A DNA stretch of 64,000 nucleotides, taken from NCBI GenBank assembly GCA_000146045.2, contig BK006939.2:480001-544000 (forward strand), written 5' to 3'. The stretch is from TPA_inf: Saccharomyces (lineage: Eukaryota). Shown here piece after piece: positions 10,579 to 20,629 of the stretch (its first letter is position 1; each line of letters begins with the position of its first letter). The notes under the pieces were generated by a model, which saw nothing but the letters and a program-made list of their open reading frames with translations, did no database searches and had not been told where the DNA came from. The position numbers and the translations under genes are program-made.

Positions 10579-11529
10579 GCTGATTAAGAGTGAGTGGAAG
10601 TAGTAGCGAGCGGTGGTGGCTATGTGTTTAGCCTGGTAAAATGAATCCTATTGTGTCAGCACGGAAAAAACAACAATAGCAATAATATGACAATAAACAA
10701 GTATTTTGCCGTAGCTCTCCTTCAGTTATTTGATGATGAGTGTAAACAGATTACTGTATATAGAGCAGTAGTAAAGAAAGCTGAAGTCAAGTGCAGATGA
10801 AAGACAAATACAAAAGGAGTACGCCTGTATTATATTTCCAAGTGCGTAATTTTGAGGTATTAATATTAAGTAATTATCAGAAGCAAGAAGCCAACAACCA
10901 GACCGCTTGGGCTTAAACTAGCATATCAGCACAATCTGCAAGTATACATTTCTTTGGTGTCTCGAACGCAACGCGGTGCAAACCGCGAGAACCTTAACGA
11001 TTTTTCACACTCCTTCCTCCGTTGCTGCAAGAATCCTCGAGCTAGCCCTTCGTCCGCTTCCTTTGGCACTTGAAAGAAAAAATTAGCTTTTCTTTTTCCT
11101 CCTTTCTTTTTGTCTTTCTGGTGTAGGCACAGTTGGAAGGATGGGACACCTAAAAATCTTATTTAAGAAGTCACAGACGGTAACGCAGCGCCTCGTTTCT
11201 AAATCGTATAGCAGGCTGAGCGCCCGCACACCCACCTGCGGGAGTTACTCCGGGGATCGTATGGGGTGATGCATGCTCTTTCGTAAACCTTAAGAATAGC
11301 GTTAATTTTTTCCTAAATAGGAATACACATACTCATGCTATGTAACTGTAGAGAAAGGTACAGATTACATGAGGCGCCGGTTGTCGTTGATACATATGTG
11401 ATTACGTTTCGTCCTTGATAATAGAGTATAATATATATGTGCAGACATATATAGATATAAATACATTGGTATATGGATATATATAGATGTGGTATTCATT
11501 TTACACTAAGTTACATCGCCCCGTTCTGC

Positions 11530-11958
11530 TCAGGCACTCTCTTCCTCCGGTTGTGTTTGGCCTTCTTCTACGCATAGACCTTCCCTTAAGAAATCGAATT
11601 TTTCGTCGTTTAAAATTGTTTTTTTTAGTATTTCGGCGGTTATTCTCTTGGTTCCTTGTCCTCTTGCCATCTCCCCGCTTTTTTTCACCAATAACGCTAT
11701 AAAAAACTCTAGGGACCTGCCCGCTATTACGGGCGTGGCTTGTGAAACTTTTCCTATATCCTCGTCTGTCTGCATTATTTTCTTTACCTTGGCCGGAGGG
11801 AAGTGTGTCTTTATTCTGTCGAATACATCACCTAGCTCGTTGTTGTTATTCGAGTTGGTACCCATGTTACCTACTGGACTCCCTCCAGCATCAAGTGGTA
11901 CCTCATGTTCAGGTTTTATTGGTGGTAGTTGTGTTGTAACTGGTACTTGATCTGCCAT
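11530..11958 (-). CDS. BUR6: BUR6/NCB1, NC2-alpha histone-fold subunit of the negative cofactor 2 complex (142 aa)
   Basis: I recognise the translation MADQVPVTTQLPPIKPEHE...KTHFPPAKVKKIMQTDEDIGKVSQATPVIAGRSLEFFIALLVKKSGEMARGQGTKRITAEILKKTIL. It has an NC2-alpha/HAP5-like histone fold. Confidence 0.9.
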   Translation of the reverse strand: MADQVPVTTQLPPIKPEHEVPLDAGGSPVGNMGTNSNNNNELGDVFDRIKTHFPPAKVKKIMQTDEDIGKVSQATPVIAGRSLEFFIALLVKKSGEMARGQGTKRITAEILKKTILNDEKFDFLREGLCVEEGQTQPEEESA

Positions 11959-12351
11959 TAAGAATGTAGTGATGAGTACTGTAACTGGTTTTATTTTTTT
12001 TTTTGAATTTTTATTTTCGTGACGTGCTTTTTTTTCCGTTTTTGGTTTTAATGCCCCAAAATAAAATAATCCCCTTTTGTATACGTTTTTCTTTGCCTGC
12101 CTTTTTATTTCTCAGTGCATTGCCCTTTCTTTCGCAAATTCATGTGTTTTAAGGGTAATAGGAAATATCACGCTACCTGACAAAAAAAAAAAAAATTAAT
12201 TTTGGCCTGGAAAATTCTTCTCCTTAAATACAAAAAGATTCTTTTTTATAGAATGTCATAATTCACGAACAGTTAAAAAAATATAAACACACAACGTAAC
12301 ACAGATGCCGGGTTACGATATCCGAAAAAGTTGATTAAAAGAAAAATAATC

Positions 12352-12424
12352 CTTCCCCGCCAGGACTTGAACCTGGAATCTTCTGGTTCGTAGCCAGACG
12401 CCGTGACCATTGGGCCACGAGGAA
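12352..12424 (-). tRNA. tR(ACG): tRNA-Arg (anticodon ACG)
   Basis: The reverse complement reads TTCCTCGTGGCCCAATGGTCACGGCGTCTGGCTACGAACCAGAAGATTCCAGGTTCAAGTCCTGGCGGGGAAG. The anticodon loop is CTACGAA and the T-arm is GGTTCAAGTCC. A T5 run (plus-strand AAAAA at 12343-12347) lies just downstream as a Pol III terminator. Confidence 0.92.
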
Positions 12425-12438
12425 TAGGATGTTCAGTG

Positions 12439-12695
12439 TGTTGTATTACGGGCTCGAGTAATACCGGAGTGTCTTGACAATCCTAATATAAACAGTCTTA
12501 GGGAAGTAACCAGTTGTCAAAACAGTTTATCAGATTAATTCACGGAATGTTACTTATCTTATATATTATATAAAATATGAATCATACTAAGTGGTGGAAG
12601 CGCGGAATCTCGGATCTAAACTAATTGTTCAGGCATTTATACTTTTGGGTAGTTCAGCTAGGGAAGGACGGGTTTTGTCTCATGTTGTTCGTTTT
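12439..12695 (-). mobile_element. Ty3 sigma LTR, 3' portion (about sigma nt 85-340), beginning 15 bp upstream of the tRNA-Arg mature 5' end and interrupted by the Ty1 insertion
   Basis: The plus strand TGTTGTATTACGGGCTCGAGTAATACCGGAGTGTCTTGACAATCCTAATATAAACAGTCTTAGGGAAGTAACC...GGACGGGTTTTGTCTCATGTTGTTCGTTTT is the reverse complement of the sigma consensus. The position is the classic Ty3 site next to a Pol III start. Confidence 0.85.
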
Positions 12696-12833
12696 TCAAT
12701 CCTTGCGTTTCAGCTTCCTCTAACATCGATGACAGCTTCTCATAACTTATGTCATCATCTTAACACCGTATATGATAATATATTGATAATATAACTATTA
12801 GTTGATAGACGATAGTGGATTTTTATTCCAACA
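12696..12833 (-). repeat. Ty1 3' LTR, truncated. Only the first 138 nt of U3 are present. They are 100% identical to the matching part of the 5' LTR.
   Basis: The plus strand TCAATCCTTGCGTTTCAGCTTCC...TTTTATTCCAACA (12696-12833) is identical to 18284-18421. The rest of the LTR is absent: there is no TGAGATATATG or GGATTCCATTGTTGAT motif to the left. The sequence passes directly into the GTTTT duplication and sigma. Confidence 0.85.
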
Positions 12834-12842
12834 TACCACCCA
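12834..12842 (-). promoter_or_regulatory. Ty1 polypurine tract (TGGGTGGTA) immediately internal to the 3' LTR
   Basis: The plus strand reads TACCACCCA, adjacent to the CCAACA LTR end at 12833. Confidence 0.8.
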
Positions 12843-12855
12843 TAATGTAATAGAT

Positions 12856-15800
12856 CTAATGAATCCATTTGTTTGTTAATAGTTTGAATGTTTTTATCGG
12901 AAGAGGTTTGGTCATTACGTCTGCAATATTCTTTTTGGTTTCGATATAGCATACGTGCAGATGATTTCCTGATACTTCATCTCTTAGTCTCATTGCTTTA
13001 GTACCAAAAAATCTGTTTCTAAATTTCTCTTCATTATTGGATATAATTATACTGATTGTAGATTTACTGTCGGTTAGTAATCCTTTAGTAATTGGTTTCT
13101 TGTTAAGTTCTTGCACAAGGTGACTGAGGTTATTTAATAATGGGACAGATTCACTTATCGCGTGTATTTCTGCTTCCGTAGTTGAAGTACATGTTAATGA
13201 AGCCTTGGTGGACTTTCCTCCAATTACTTTTCCATTAAGTAAATATATGTTGCCAATTTGTGATTTATAATACGGTTGGTTACCATACGATGCATCGCTT
13301 ATAACAACTAATTTATTTGTTGGCTTAACAGGTTTGCTTTTGTGCCATATTAATTGCTTATCTCTCGTATTCCATATGAACTGTATCAATTCATATGTCA
13401 TATCTAACACTTGCTTGGACGGAAATAGTATATGTTGTGCAAGTGTGTTGATGTAGTATAATAGGTCAAATCTAAATTTATATCCAACATATGATGCTAG
13501 ACCTATCAGCTTTTGCATTTCATGTACCTTCATTTTGTAATCATCTTCTTCTAGCTCTAGTTCTTGCTGGTCTATATATAGACCTGGTTGACCTGGAGCG
13601 CTAAGTTTCCTTCCTTTTGGGTTCAAAGGTACGTTTAGTTTGGGTATTTTTTCAGTTAATGAGTTTTCCATACCTAATTTCATGTATTTACCTCTTTGAT
13701 ATTTGATTTCTAAGCCAAGTATGTCGTACTGAATTTCGTTATCACTTTCACCCAGATTTATTATCTTTGTATCGTATTGTTTCTTGAGTGTTGTTATGAT
13801 TTTCTTATTTGCATTTAAGTCTTTGCTGAACAATATCATATCATCAACGAATAAGCAAATTGTTACTTGACTATTCTTAAATACGCATGACCATCCACGA
13901 ACTTCTTCCATACCACACTGTTTTATCAGGTATGATTTGATAGTTTCGTACCAGTTCGCTCCACTTTGTTTCAATCCATAAAGTGATTTCTTCAAACGTA
14001 TTAACTTATCATTCATTCCTAAATGTGGTGGAGGTCTTATGTATAGTTCTTCTTTGATGTCTGCATACAAATATGCCGAAGATATGTCTAATTGTGTAAT
14101 ATAGTAGTTATTGTCTAATGCAAGTGACAGGGATGTCATTAATGCATAGTGATGTACGGTATTGGATTGCATGCCTGGGTCGTAAGTGTCAGGATGTTGA
14201 ATATCACCTCTTGCAACAAATCTAGCTTTATGAGTACCGTCACGTTTCCTGTTAAAGATAAACATTGAATTTATTACTCTTTTGGGGTCTATTTCTTTTC
14301 TGTCATAATATCTGTCAGTGTCCCAAGTTTTCATCTTCAACAGTTGATTGACTTCTTTGTGGTATGCCTGGATATATTTTTCTTTTTCTTTAATATCTTT
14401 ATTATAGGTGATTGCCTCATCGTATCGTAAGGTTGTTCGTATTGGTTTGATTGATTTTACTGCTTTTACAGCTGCAATCAGGTGAATTCGTTTCTTCGAT
14501 CTCGGAGGTTCTAAACTACGCATATTCTTAGTATTCCATGTGTCTCGTGATACCTTAATTTCAGTTTCATTATCTTCTAATGATCTTTTCTTACTGTTGA
14601 TAGTAGTATAGGCATTAGAGTCACCAATACCACCCAAACTGGAATTAGTTTGATGAGAATTTATCGGTGGGAGTTCTTTAAAGGAGTCTGATAATTCGGT
14701 AGGAGGTTCTGGAGGCAGATCGGGGAGTGGAAGATCAGCGATAATAGATTCCTCTGTATTCTCCTTAGGACAGGTATCTGACGTTTTGATAGGAACGACG
14801 TGGTGTAGTGAATTACTTTCTGATGAGGAAGTATCGATCGAAGGTGAACGGTGTATGATCCTTTTCTCAGTCTCCTGTTCGCTTGTCTGCGGAACAGTTT
14901 TATTATTGGTACCACCCGTACTGGATATTGGTACGTTTGTATGATTAGTCTCATTGTCACTGTACGAGTCTGAGTGTCTGAAATCTTTAGATTTACTGGC
15001 GTGCGACGACTCATGTGTGTTAGATTGGGACATGGGAGCAAGTAAAGGAACATCTAATCTATGCATACCACCCGAACCGGTACTCTCGATATCGGAAATT
15101 TGGGGGGTGCTAGATCTCTTCTTAGATGGAAGAATATTAGATTCAGATATGTTGGGGTCAACTTCTCTGGGTGCGCGAATATTGGTTTTGGAAACACGTT
15201 TCGAATCTTCAGTATGAGTTGACGGAGGTGTGGAATCGGTTGGACTCACAGCTTTTGAAAGGACATTTCTCAGTTGCTCAGGATGTAGTTCAATGTCAGA
15301 TTGGAAGTCATGGTCAGATTCTATGTTAAGATCATTGGATTGTTGGATCTCATTTGACGCAATGAACGAATGATATGAAGCAGTTAAACGGTTTAAGTCT
15401 TCATCGAAAGTGAGTGCGTCGTAATTGAATTGATCTAATCTGGATTCCTTGCCCTGAAGAATAACATAGTTAGTTGTATCTACTGTCTTCTTTAAGGACG
15501 GAAGATAGATGATATATCCATAAGAGTTTCGAGACGGATGTAGAGCGTAGCCTGGGATGCCACGAGGATGTATTTTGGAGTTAGGGTTGTGATCATTGAC
15601 GATAACAGGTTGACCGAAAGGTAACAAAGTACTGATATCAAGTCCTGCCAAGCCAGCATGTTGTCTTGCAGATTTTTTGCTTTTAGGTGAAGCTAGTGAA
15701 TTTCTCACAATAGTAGAAAATTCGATTGCAGAGAACCATAAATGGTTCGGTAAACCACTACATTGCAGTTGAGTACGGCAGTCATCTAATAAGGTACGGT

Positions 15801-16822
15801 TGAGCCGTTCAGCGACTCCATGTGCTCGGGAATCCGCTGTGGTTGTATAGCATGGAGTTATACCATTTTTTTCAAGGAATTTATGGAGAGTTCTGTTAGT
15901 ATACTCAGAACCACGGTCCATTTGTATAACCAAGACACTGGCCTGAAACTGGTTTTTAATAAAAGCTAGTATCGTAGTAAAAACATCGAGGATAGAGTCC
16001 TCGCGACGGTCGTGTAATGGATAAACCCAACGGAATTTTGTTGTCTCATCAGTAAATGAGATGAAATAGGATGGTGCACTTTTTGGTAGGTTGTGAACTG
16101 GACCAAATATGTCAGTATGTAGGTATTGAAAGGGTTCGTATGAATTTTGGTATTTTAGTCGTGAACCTTTGATATGTCTGTGTTTGGTGCTTTTGCCGAT
16201 TAAACAATCAGGACATTGATAGTCAATAGCACTAGACCAGTCGACATCTGATTCGTTAAAATACGTGATGGTGTTATTTTTAAGTGAGTATCGAATTGTC
16301 TGTGCATTGGCATGTGCAAGCATTCGATGAATGAAAGGATAAGGATATTTGCGTGTACTTTCACTTGTATGGACATTATTGATGGTGGGTACGGAGATAT
16401 TTGATGGAAGCAAGTACTTTTTAGATACCCAGTAAAAGTCTCCATATTTTACGATAGGTGCAAGTACAGTGCCGTCAGACCGTTCTAAGACGTTTTTGGT
16501 AAAGCATGCTGTGATATCTACTGCAGCCAATTCATTCAAACTGAGTAAGTCATAGGCTATGTTAGGAGTGTGCAATACCTTTATTGATGTTTTGGTGTTG
16601 TCCTGGAAGTGAAATTGTAGGTCACCAATAGCGTTAATTGGTATATTTCTTTTTTGAGCATCAACTACGTTTATGTCAGGATTAGATGATGCTGAGTGTA
16701 TGTGATGAGCAGATCTTATAAGGGTTCGTGATGCTCCTGAATCGAGAAGGAGGTGTCCAGGGAGTTCATCATCAGAATGATTAGTATGATTTACTGTAGA
16801 TTCAGTAAGTTTCTGGCCTAAG
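12856..16822 (-). CDS. TYB1: Ty1 TYB (Pol: protease-integrase-reverse transcriptase-RNase H), expressed as a Gag-Pol fusion by a +1 ribosomal frameshift at the CUU-AGG-C heptamer. The TYB frame is open from 16818 down to the stop at 12856-12858.
   Basis: The track shows 1239 aa from an internal Met. The frame is continuous upstream to the heptamer. The integrase zinc-binding and DDE region and the RT motif [10 protein letters not shown] are present. Confidence 0.9.
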
Positions 16823-18124
16823 ATGAAGGTCGTGCTTATTGTTCAATTGAATCGGTTCAGTAGTTGATTTACTGATGGAATCGTTGTCCGTGCTGGGAGA
16901 GTTATTAGATGTGGATACATTGTGAGCCCTGGCTGTTTTCGATTTCGAATTATTTGTTTTTTGAGGATTCCGAGCTATAACTTTGGGTTTGGTTGTATTC
17001 GTATAGCTGCGAGAATCATTCTTCTCATCACTCGGATTTCTCCTGTAATTAGGTTTGCTGTTTCTCGATCCCTGTTGTTCTTCATAAATAGCATGGATAT
17101 CTAAGAACAGTTCAGCGACTGTCATATTTAGATGTCGATGACGTGTGTAGCGTAAAAATTTATATTCGCCAGATAGACCTCTCATAATTAATTGGCATGC
17201 GACCTTGTTATTGATATGAATGCCATTATTGTTCAGTCTGTCGATAATGTTTGTGACTTTTGTTTCAAATGCATCTGCAGGTGTACTGCCATTATATTGC
17301 AAATTTGCCAGGGTCACAATGTCGTTTGCCTCTTGGGTATCAGATTGCATTTTTTCAATACTTTTGGAAAGAATTTTCATGATATCCGTATAATCAACGG
17401 ATAGGATGTCTTTGACCCAGGTAGGTAGGAATTGAGAGGGAGCAAATATTTGAAAAGTGTTATACAAGAAGGTGAGTTCATCATCAGTGATCTGACGTAC
17501 GGGTTTTCCGTTTACTGTCGGAATAATACCACCGAGATTCGAGTTTTGTAAAAATTTGATGTATGTTTTAACCCAATTTGGAAAATCATTAGGTGAGGTT
17601 AACATTGGTGGTGGTCTGACATATTTTTTAGTGGATGTCATATCAGAGTCCGCTGAGGATGAATCAGTAAATGTATTACCTGACTCAGGTGATGGAGTGC
17701 TCAGAGGCGTTCCAACTGATGATGGATACTGCGGAAACTGTGATTGTGGCCCAGGTGGAAAGTACATAGGCGACATTTGATAAGGTGTATACGGAATCAT
17801 AGATGGGTGTCCGTAAAATGACCAACCAGATGGATTGGCTTGGTTTTGGGTCATCATGCACTGCTGTGGGTACGGCCCATTCTGTGGAGGTGGTACTGAA
17901 GCAGGTTGAGGAGAGGCATGATGGGGGTTCTCTGGAACAGCTGATGAAGCAGGTGTTGTTGTCTGTTGAGAGTTAGCCTTAGTGGAAGCCTTATCATATT
18001 CTTGAATTTTGGAAGCTGAAACGTCTAACGGATCTTGATTTGTGTGGACTTCCTTAGAAGTAACCGAAGCACAGGCGCTACCATGAGATATATGTGGGTA
18101 ATTAGATAATTGTTGGGATTCCAT
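16802..18124 (-). CDS. TYA1: Ty1 TYA (Gag), 440 aa
   Basis: The ORF track gives 440 aa. The protein is the canonical Ty1 Gag and starts inside the 5' LTR. Confidence 0.93.
   Translation of the reverse strand: MESQQLSNYPHISHGSACASVTSKEVHTNQDPLDVSASKIQEYDKASTKANSQQTTTPASSAVPENPHHASPQPASVPPPQNGPYPQQCMMTQNQANPSGWSFYGHPSMIPYTPYQMSPMYFPPGPQSQFPQYPSSVGTPLSTPSPESGNTFTDSSSADSDMTSTKKYVRPPPMLTSPNDFPNWVKTYIKFLQNSNLGGIIPTVNGKPVRQITDDELTFLYNTFQIFAPSQFLPTWVKDILSVDYTDIMKILSKSIEKMQSDTQEANDIVTLANLQYNGSTPADAFETKVTNIIDRLNNNGIHINNKVACQLIMRGLSGEYKFLRYTRHRHLNMTVAELFLDIHAIYEEQQGSRNSKPNYRRNPSDEKNDSRSYTNTTKPKVIARNPQKTNNSKSKTARAHNVSTSNNSPSTDNDSISKSTTEPIQLNNKHDLHLRPETY
16816..16822 (-). promoter_or_regulatory. Ty1 +1 programmed frameshift heptamer CUUAGGC (plus strand GCCTAAG) in the TYA/TYB overlap
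   Basis: GGCCTAAG is visible at 16815-16822. It is in the TYA frame 434 codons after the ATG, and the TYB frame is open downstream of it. Confidence 0.85.
18074..18083 (-). promoter_or_regulatory. Ty1 minus-strand primer binding site (TGGTAGCGCC, complementary to the 3' end of initiator tRNA-Met), immediately internal to the 5' LTR
   Basis: The plus strand reads GGCGCTACCA, abutting the LTR end TGAGATA. Confidence 0.85.
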
Positions 18125-18421
18125 TGTTGATAAAGGCTATAATATTAGGTATACAGAATATACTAGAAGTTCTCCTCGAGGATATAGGAATCCTCAAAAT
18201 GGGATCTATATTTCTACATACTAATATTACGATTATTCCTCATTCCGTTTTATATGTTTATATTCATTGATCCTATTACATTATCAATCCTTGCGTTTCA
18301 GCTTCCTCTAACATCGATGACAGCTTCTCATAACTTATGTCATCATCTTAACACCGTATATGATAATATATTGATAATATAACTATTAGTTGATAGACGA
18401 TAGTGGATTTTTATTCCAACA
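18084..18421 (-). repeat. Ty1 5' LTR (delta), 338 bp. It contains the TYA start codon (complement of 18122-18124).
   Basis: On the plus strand the LTR starts at TGAGATATATG (18084) and ends in ...TTATTCCAACA at 18421. The element-strand termini are TGTTGG...TCTCA. Confidence 0.9.
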
Positions 18422-18510
18422 GTTTTGTTATAAGGTTGTTTCATATGTGTTTTATGAACGTTTAGGATGACGTATTGTCATACTGACGTATCTCATTTTG
18501 AGATACAACA
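18422..18510 (-). mobile_element. Ty3 sigma LTR, remaining 5' portion (about nt 1-89), on the far side of the Ty1 insertion
   Basis: GTTTTGTTATAAGGTTGTTTCATATGTGTTTTATGAACGTTTAGGATGACGTATTGTCATACTGACGTATCTCATTTTGAGATACAACA is the reverse complement of the sigma start TGTTGTATCTCAAAATGAGATA.... It continues exactly where the left sigma piece stops. The shared GTTTT is the Ty1 target-site duplication. Confidence 0.85.
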
Positions 18511-18891
18511 CAGTGGGCTAAGAATATACAACCGTTTTAGTCAATGTGTTGAAATATCATATTTTAATGCATTGCTCGAATCTCTTCCTTCGACTTACTT
18601 ATATTGATTAAGGGTATGTATTTGATCCTTCCACCTGGAAAAACTGAGGACCTTACAGTGTTATTAAGTGTATGATGTATCACTGTCGTTGTAGTATTTC
18701 TCGGGAAGTTTTTCACTGGCAATTGGAGGTTGCTAGAGTTTCTTTTAACGCATACCCTAAACGCTTGTTTCTATTTTAATGACTACTTGAATCCTATCTA
18801 ACTGGTGACACAATTTGTTTCATTTTTTAATATCTCACCTAATATATCCTAATAATATGAACATACCATAGCTCTTGTAAAGCTGGTCCAT

Positions 18892-18902
18892 ATTTATGTT
18901 TA
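18892..18902 (+). other. Candidate ARS consensus sequence match ATTTATGTTTA (11/11 to WTTTAYRTTTW) in the sigma-SPT2 intergenic region
   Basis: The exact ACS match was seen by eye. It lies in AT-rich intergenic DNA next to Ty and tRNA elements. Such matches are frequent by chance. Confidence 0.2.
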
Positions 18903-19346
18903 GTTTCCGAATGCTTTTGTAAGGAAACGGGTTGTGGAAAAAAAAAAATACAACTACGTTGCCGCGAATCTTGTTGAAAAAGGTCTCAAATTAAGGCAAA
19001 AATGATACTGGAATTGTTAGTCTTGTATAATCGATCAACTGCAACAACCAAGTCTTTAAATTTTCAGTCCGTCTTGAAAGAATAGTGAAGGTTCATTTTT
19101 ATTTTTACATAGTAAAGTTTATAGAATTATGGGCGATACACAATATAAATGTTCTAACCCAACTGATGCATATCATCACTGTACGTTTGAAAATCGGACA
19201 GGCAAACTGGATAAATGGAAAACGCAATTACAAAGGGTATGAAAATGAATGTAAGAAGTGAAACAGTGCCTCGAAACAGTTCCCAAACTCTCTACGACTT
19301 CATTAGTCATTTCACGTCCATATATCAAAACATATATCAATATTCC

Positions 19347-20348
19347 TTAGCGTATGCCCTTCTTACGGCGTCTCTTCTCCTCTTCATGCTTTTTTAACCA
19401 AGCTTCCTCACGTTTATCCTCTAACCTTGCCATTTTTCTTGCCATTTCCTCCTCTTCCAAGATTTCCATCTCATTTGCTTCCATATCATCATCCTCAAGC
19501 TCATCGTAATCGTATTCTGACCGCTTCTTGCCTCTATTGAACATAGCCCAAATTTCGTCACGATCATATCCGGGACCATTGCTGTGTTTCGATTTGCTGT
19601 GGTAACCTTCATCTTCATCGTCTTCTATAAAATCATCCATATCGTTATCTTCTTCATCATAGTCATCCTGGTATCTTGATTTCTGTTTTCTAGATTCTAA
19701 CTTTTCTTTTAATCTCCTATTAGGTTGAGCAAATCCATTTGTGGGCAAGTTGAGCTTGACGGGCTTGGGTGAGTCTGATGATTTTATGCTATTGCCTCCA
19801 GAAGATACTCCACGCAATGTTGCGCCAGGGGATGCTTTCTTTTGTGGTCTTTTTGAACTTTTGAAACCTGGCTTGTTAAAATGTGGGCGTTCCTTAGTTA
19901 CGGGTTCCGATGACTTAACTTTTGGGGGCTGTTTCTCATTATTTTCCGCTTGTTTCATTAGCTCTTCAAATGACATCTTTTTGATAGGTTCAGGTTTCTT
20001 CCTTACAACTGGCTTGAGTGGCGCATGACTTGCTCCAATAGACCTCTTAAACCTAATTCCAAGGCCACCTTCATCATCGTCATTCCTTTCTATTTTCTTT
20101 TTCTCAGATCCAGATGAGGTGCCACGTTTCCGTTTTACACCACTTTTTTTAGCCAAAGCACCATTCTTTAACAGTTCCTGCCGCCTCAGCTCCTTCAATC
20201 TTTTTACTGCAGGATCTTCGTCTCTTATGTAATTTTTGGGTAACAAGGAATACTCTTCGTCATTCTTCTTGGGTAATGGATCTTGCACTTGGGCTTTTGA
20301 TGCAGTCGTTGATTTTCGTATTTGGGAAAGTTTGGAAAGAAAACTCAT
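19347..20348 (-). CDS. SPT2: SPT2, HMG-like chromatin protein (333 aa)
   Basis: A 333-aa ORF. It is highly charged (K/R-rich and D/E-rich tracts with an acidic C-terminal region), as in Spt2. Its position between the Ty1 and RAD4 fits YER161C. Confidence 0.82.
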   Translation of the reverse strand: MSFLSKLSQIRKSTTASKAQVQDPLPKKNDEEYSLLPKNYIRDEDPAVKRLKELRRQELLKNGALAKKSGVKRKRGTSSGSEKKKIERNDDDEGGLGIRFKRSIGASHAPLKPVVRKKPEPIKKMSFEELMKQAENNEKQPPKVKSSEPVTKERPHFNKPGFKSSKRPQKKASPGATLRGVSSGGNSIKSSDSPKPVKLNLPTNGFAQPNRRLKEKLESRKQKSRYQDDYDEEDNDMDDFIEDDEDEGYHSKSKHSNGPGYDRDEIWAMFNRGKKRSEYDYDELEDDDMEANEMEILEEEEMARKMARLEDKREEAWLKKHEEEKRRRKKGIR

Positions 20349-20629
20349 AACTAAAATATTTCACTTTGAATAGGACTCAAGTCCCTGTCCCTCTCATCAA
20401 CTTTTATTTTCAAATTACACTAGTTATTTTATTGTATTCATATATTAATCTGTGGCACTTGTCCATGTGGGAATATCTTAGTCGAACAAGAAAAATAATC
20501 ATGTTAAACGAAAAAGTTTGAAGCCAACTAAGTTCTCATTCATTACAAAGTATATACAAAATTCCTGAACATAGAATTTCTTTATTAAAAACATACTTTC
20601 CTAATTATTCAAACCGTTTCAGCCTCATT

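Larger units (their letters stand above)
12696..18421 (-). mobile_element. Full-length Ty1 retrotransposon (about 5.73 kb) inserted into sigma. It has an intact 338-bp 5' LTR and a truncated 3' LTR, and is flanked by a 5-bp target-site duplication GTTTT (12691-12695 and 18422-18426).
   Basis: The Gag (TYA, 440 aa, [38 protein letters not shown]...) and Pol (protease, integrase, RT with the FVDDM motif, RNase H) ORFs are on the minus strand. There are LTRs at both ends, and PBS, PPT and frameshift signals are present. The GTTTT duplication flanks the element. Confidence 0.92.

Noticed and set aside
11221-11270. A C-rich segment ACACCCACCTGCGGGAGTTACTCCGGGG upstream of YER158C as a possible Rap1 site or CGG-triplet zinc-cluster site
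   Set aside because: It has only partial resemblance to the Rap1 (ACACCCATACAT) consensus or the CGG-N-CCG consensus. I cannot support it from sequence alone.
12591-12794. A 67-aa plus-strand ORF spanning the sigma/delta junction
   Set aside because: It is composed of LTR sequence from two different elements. It is a chance ORF.
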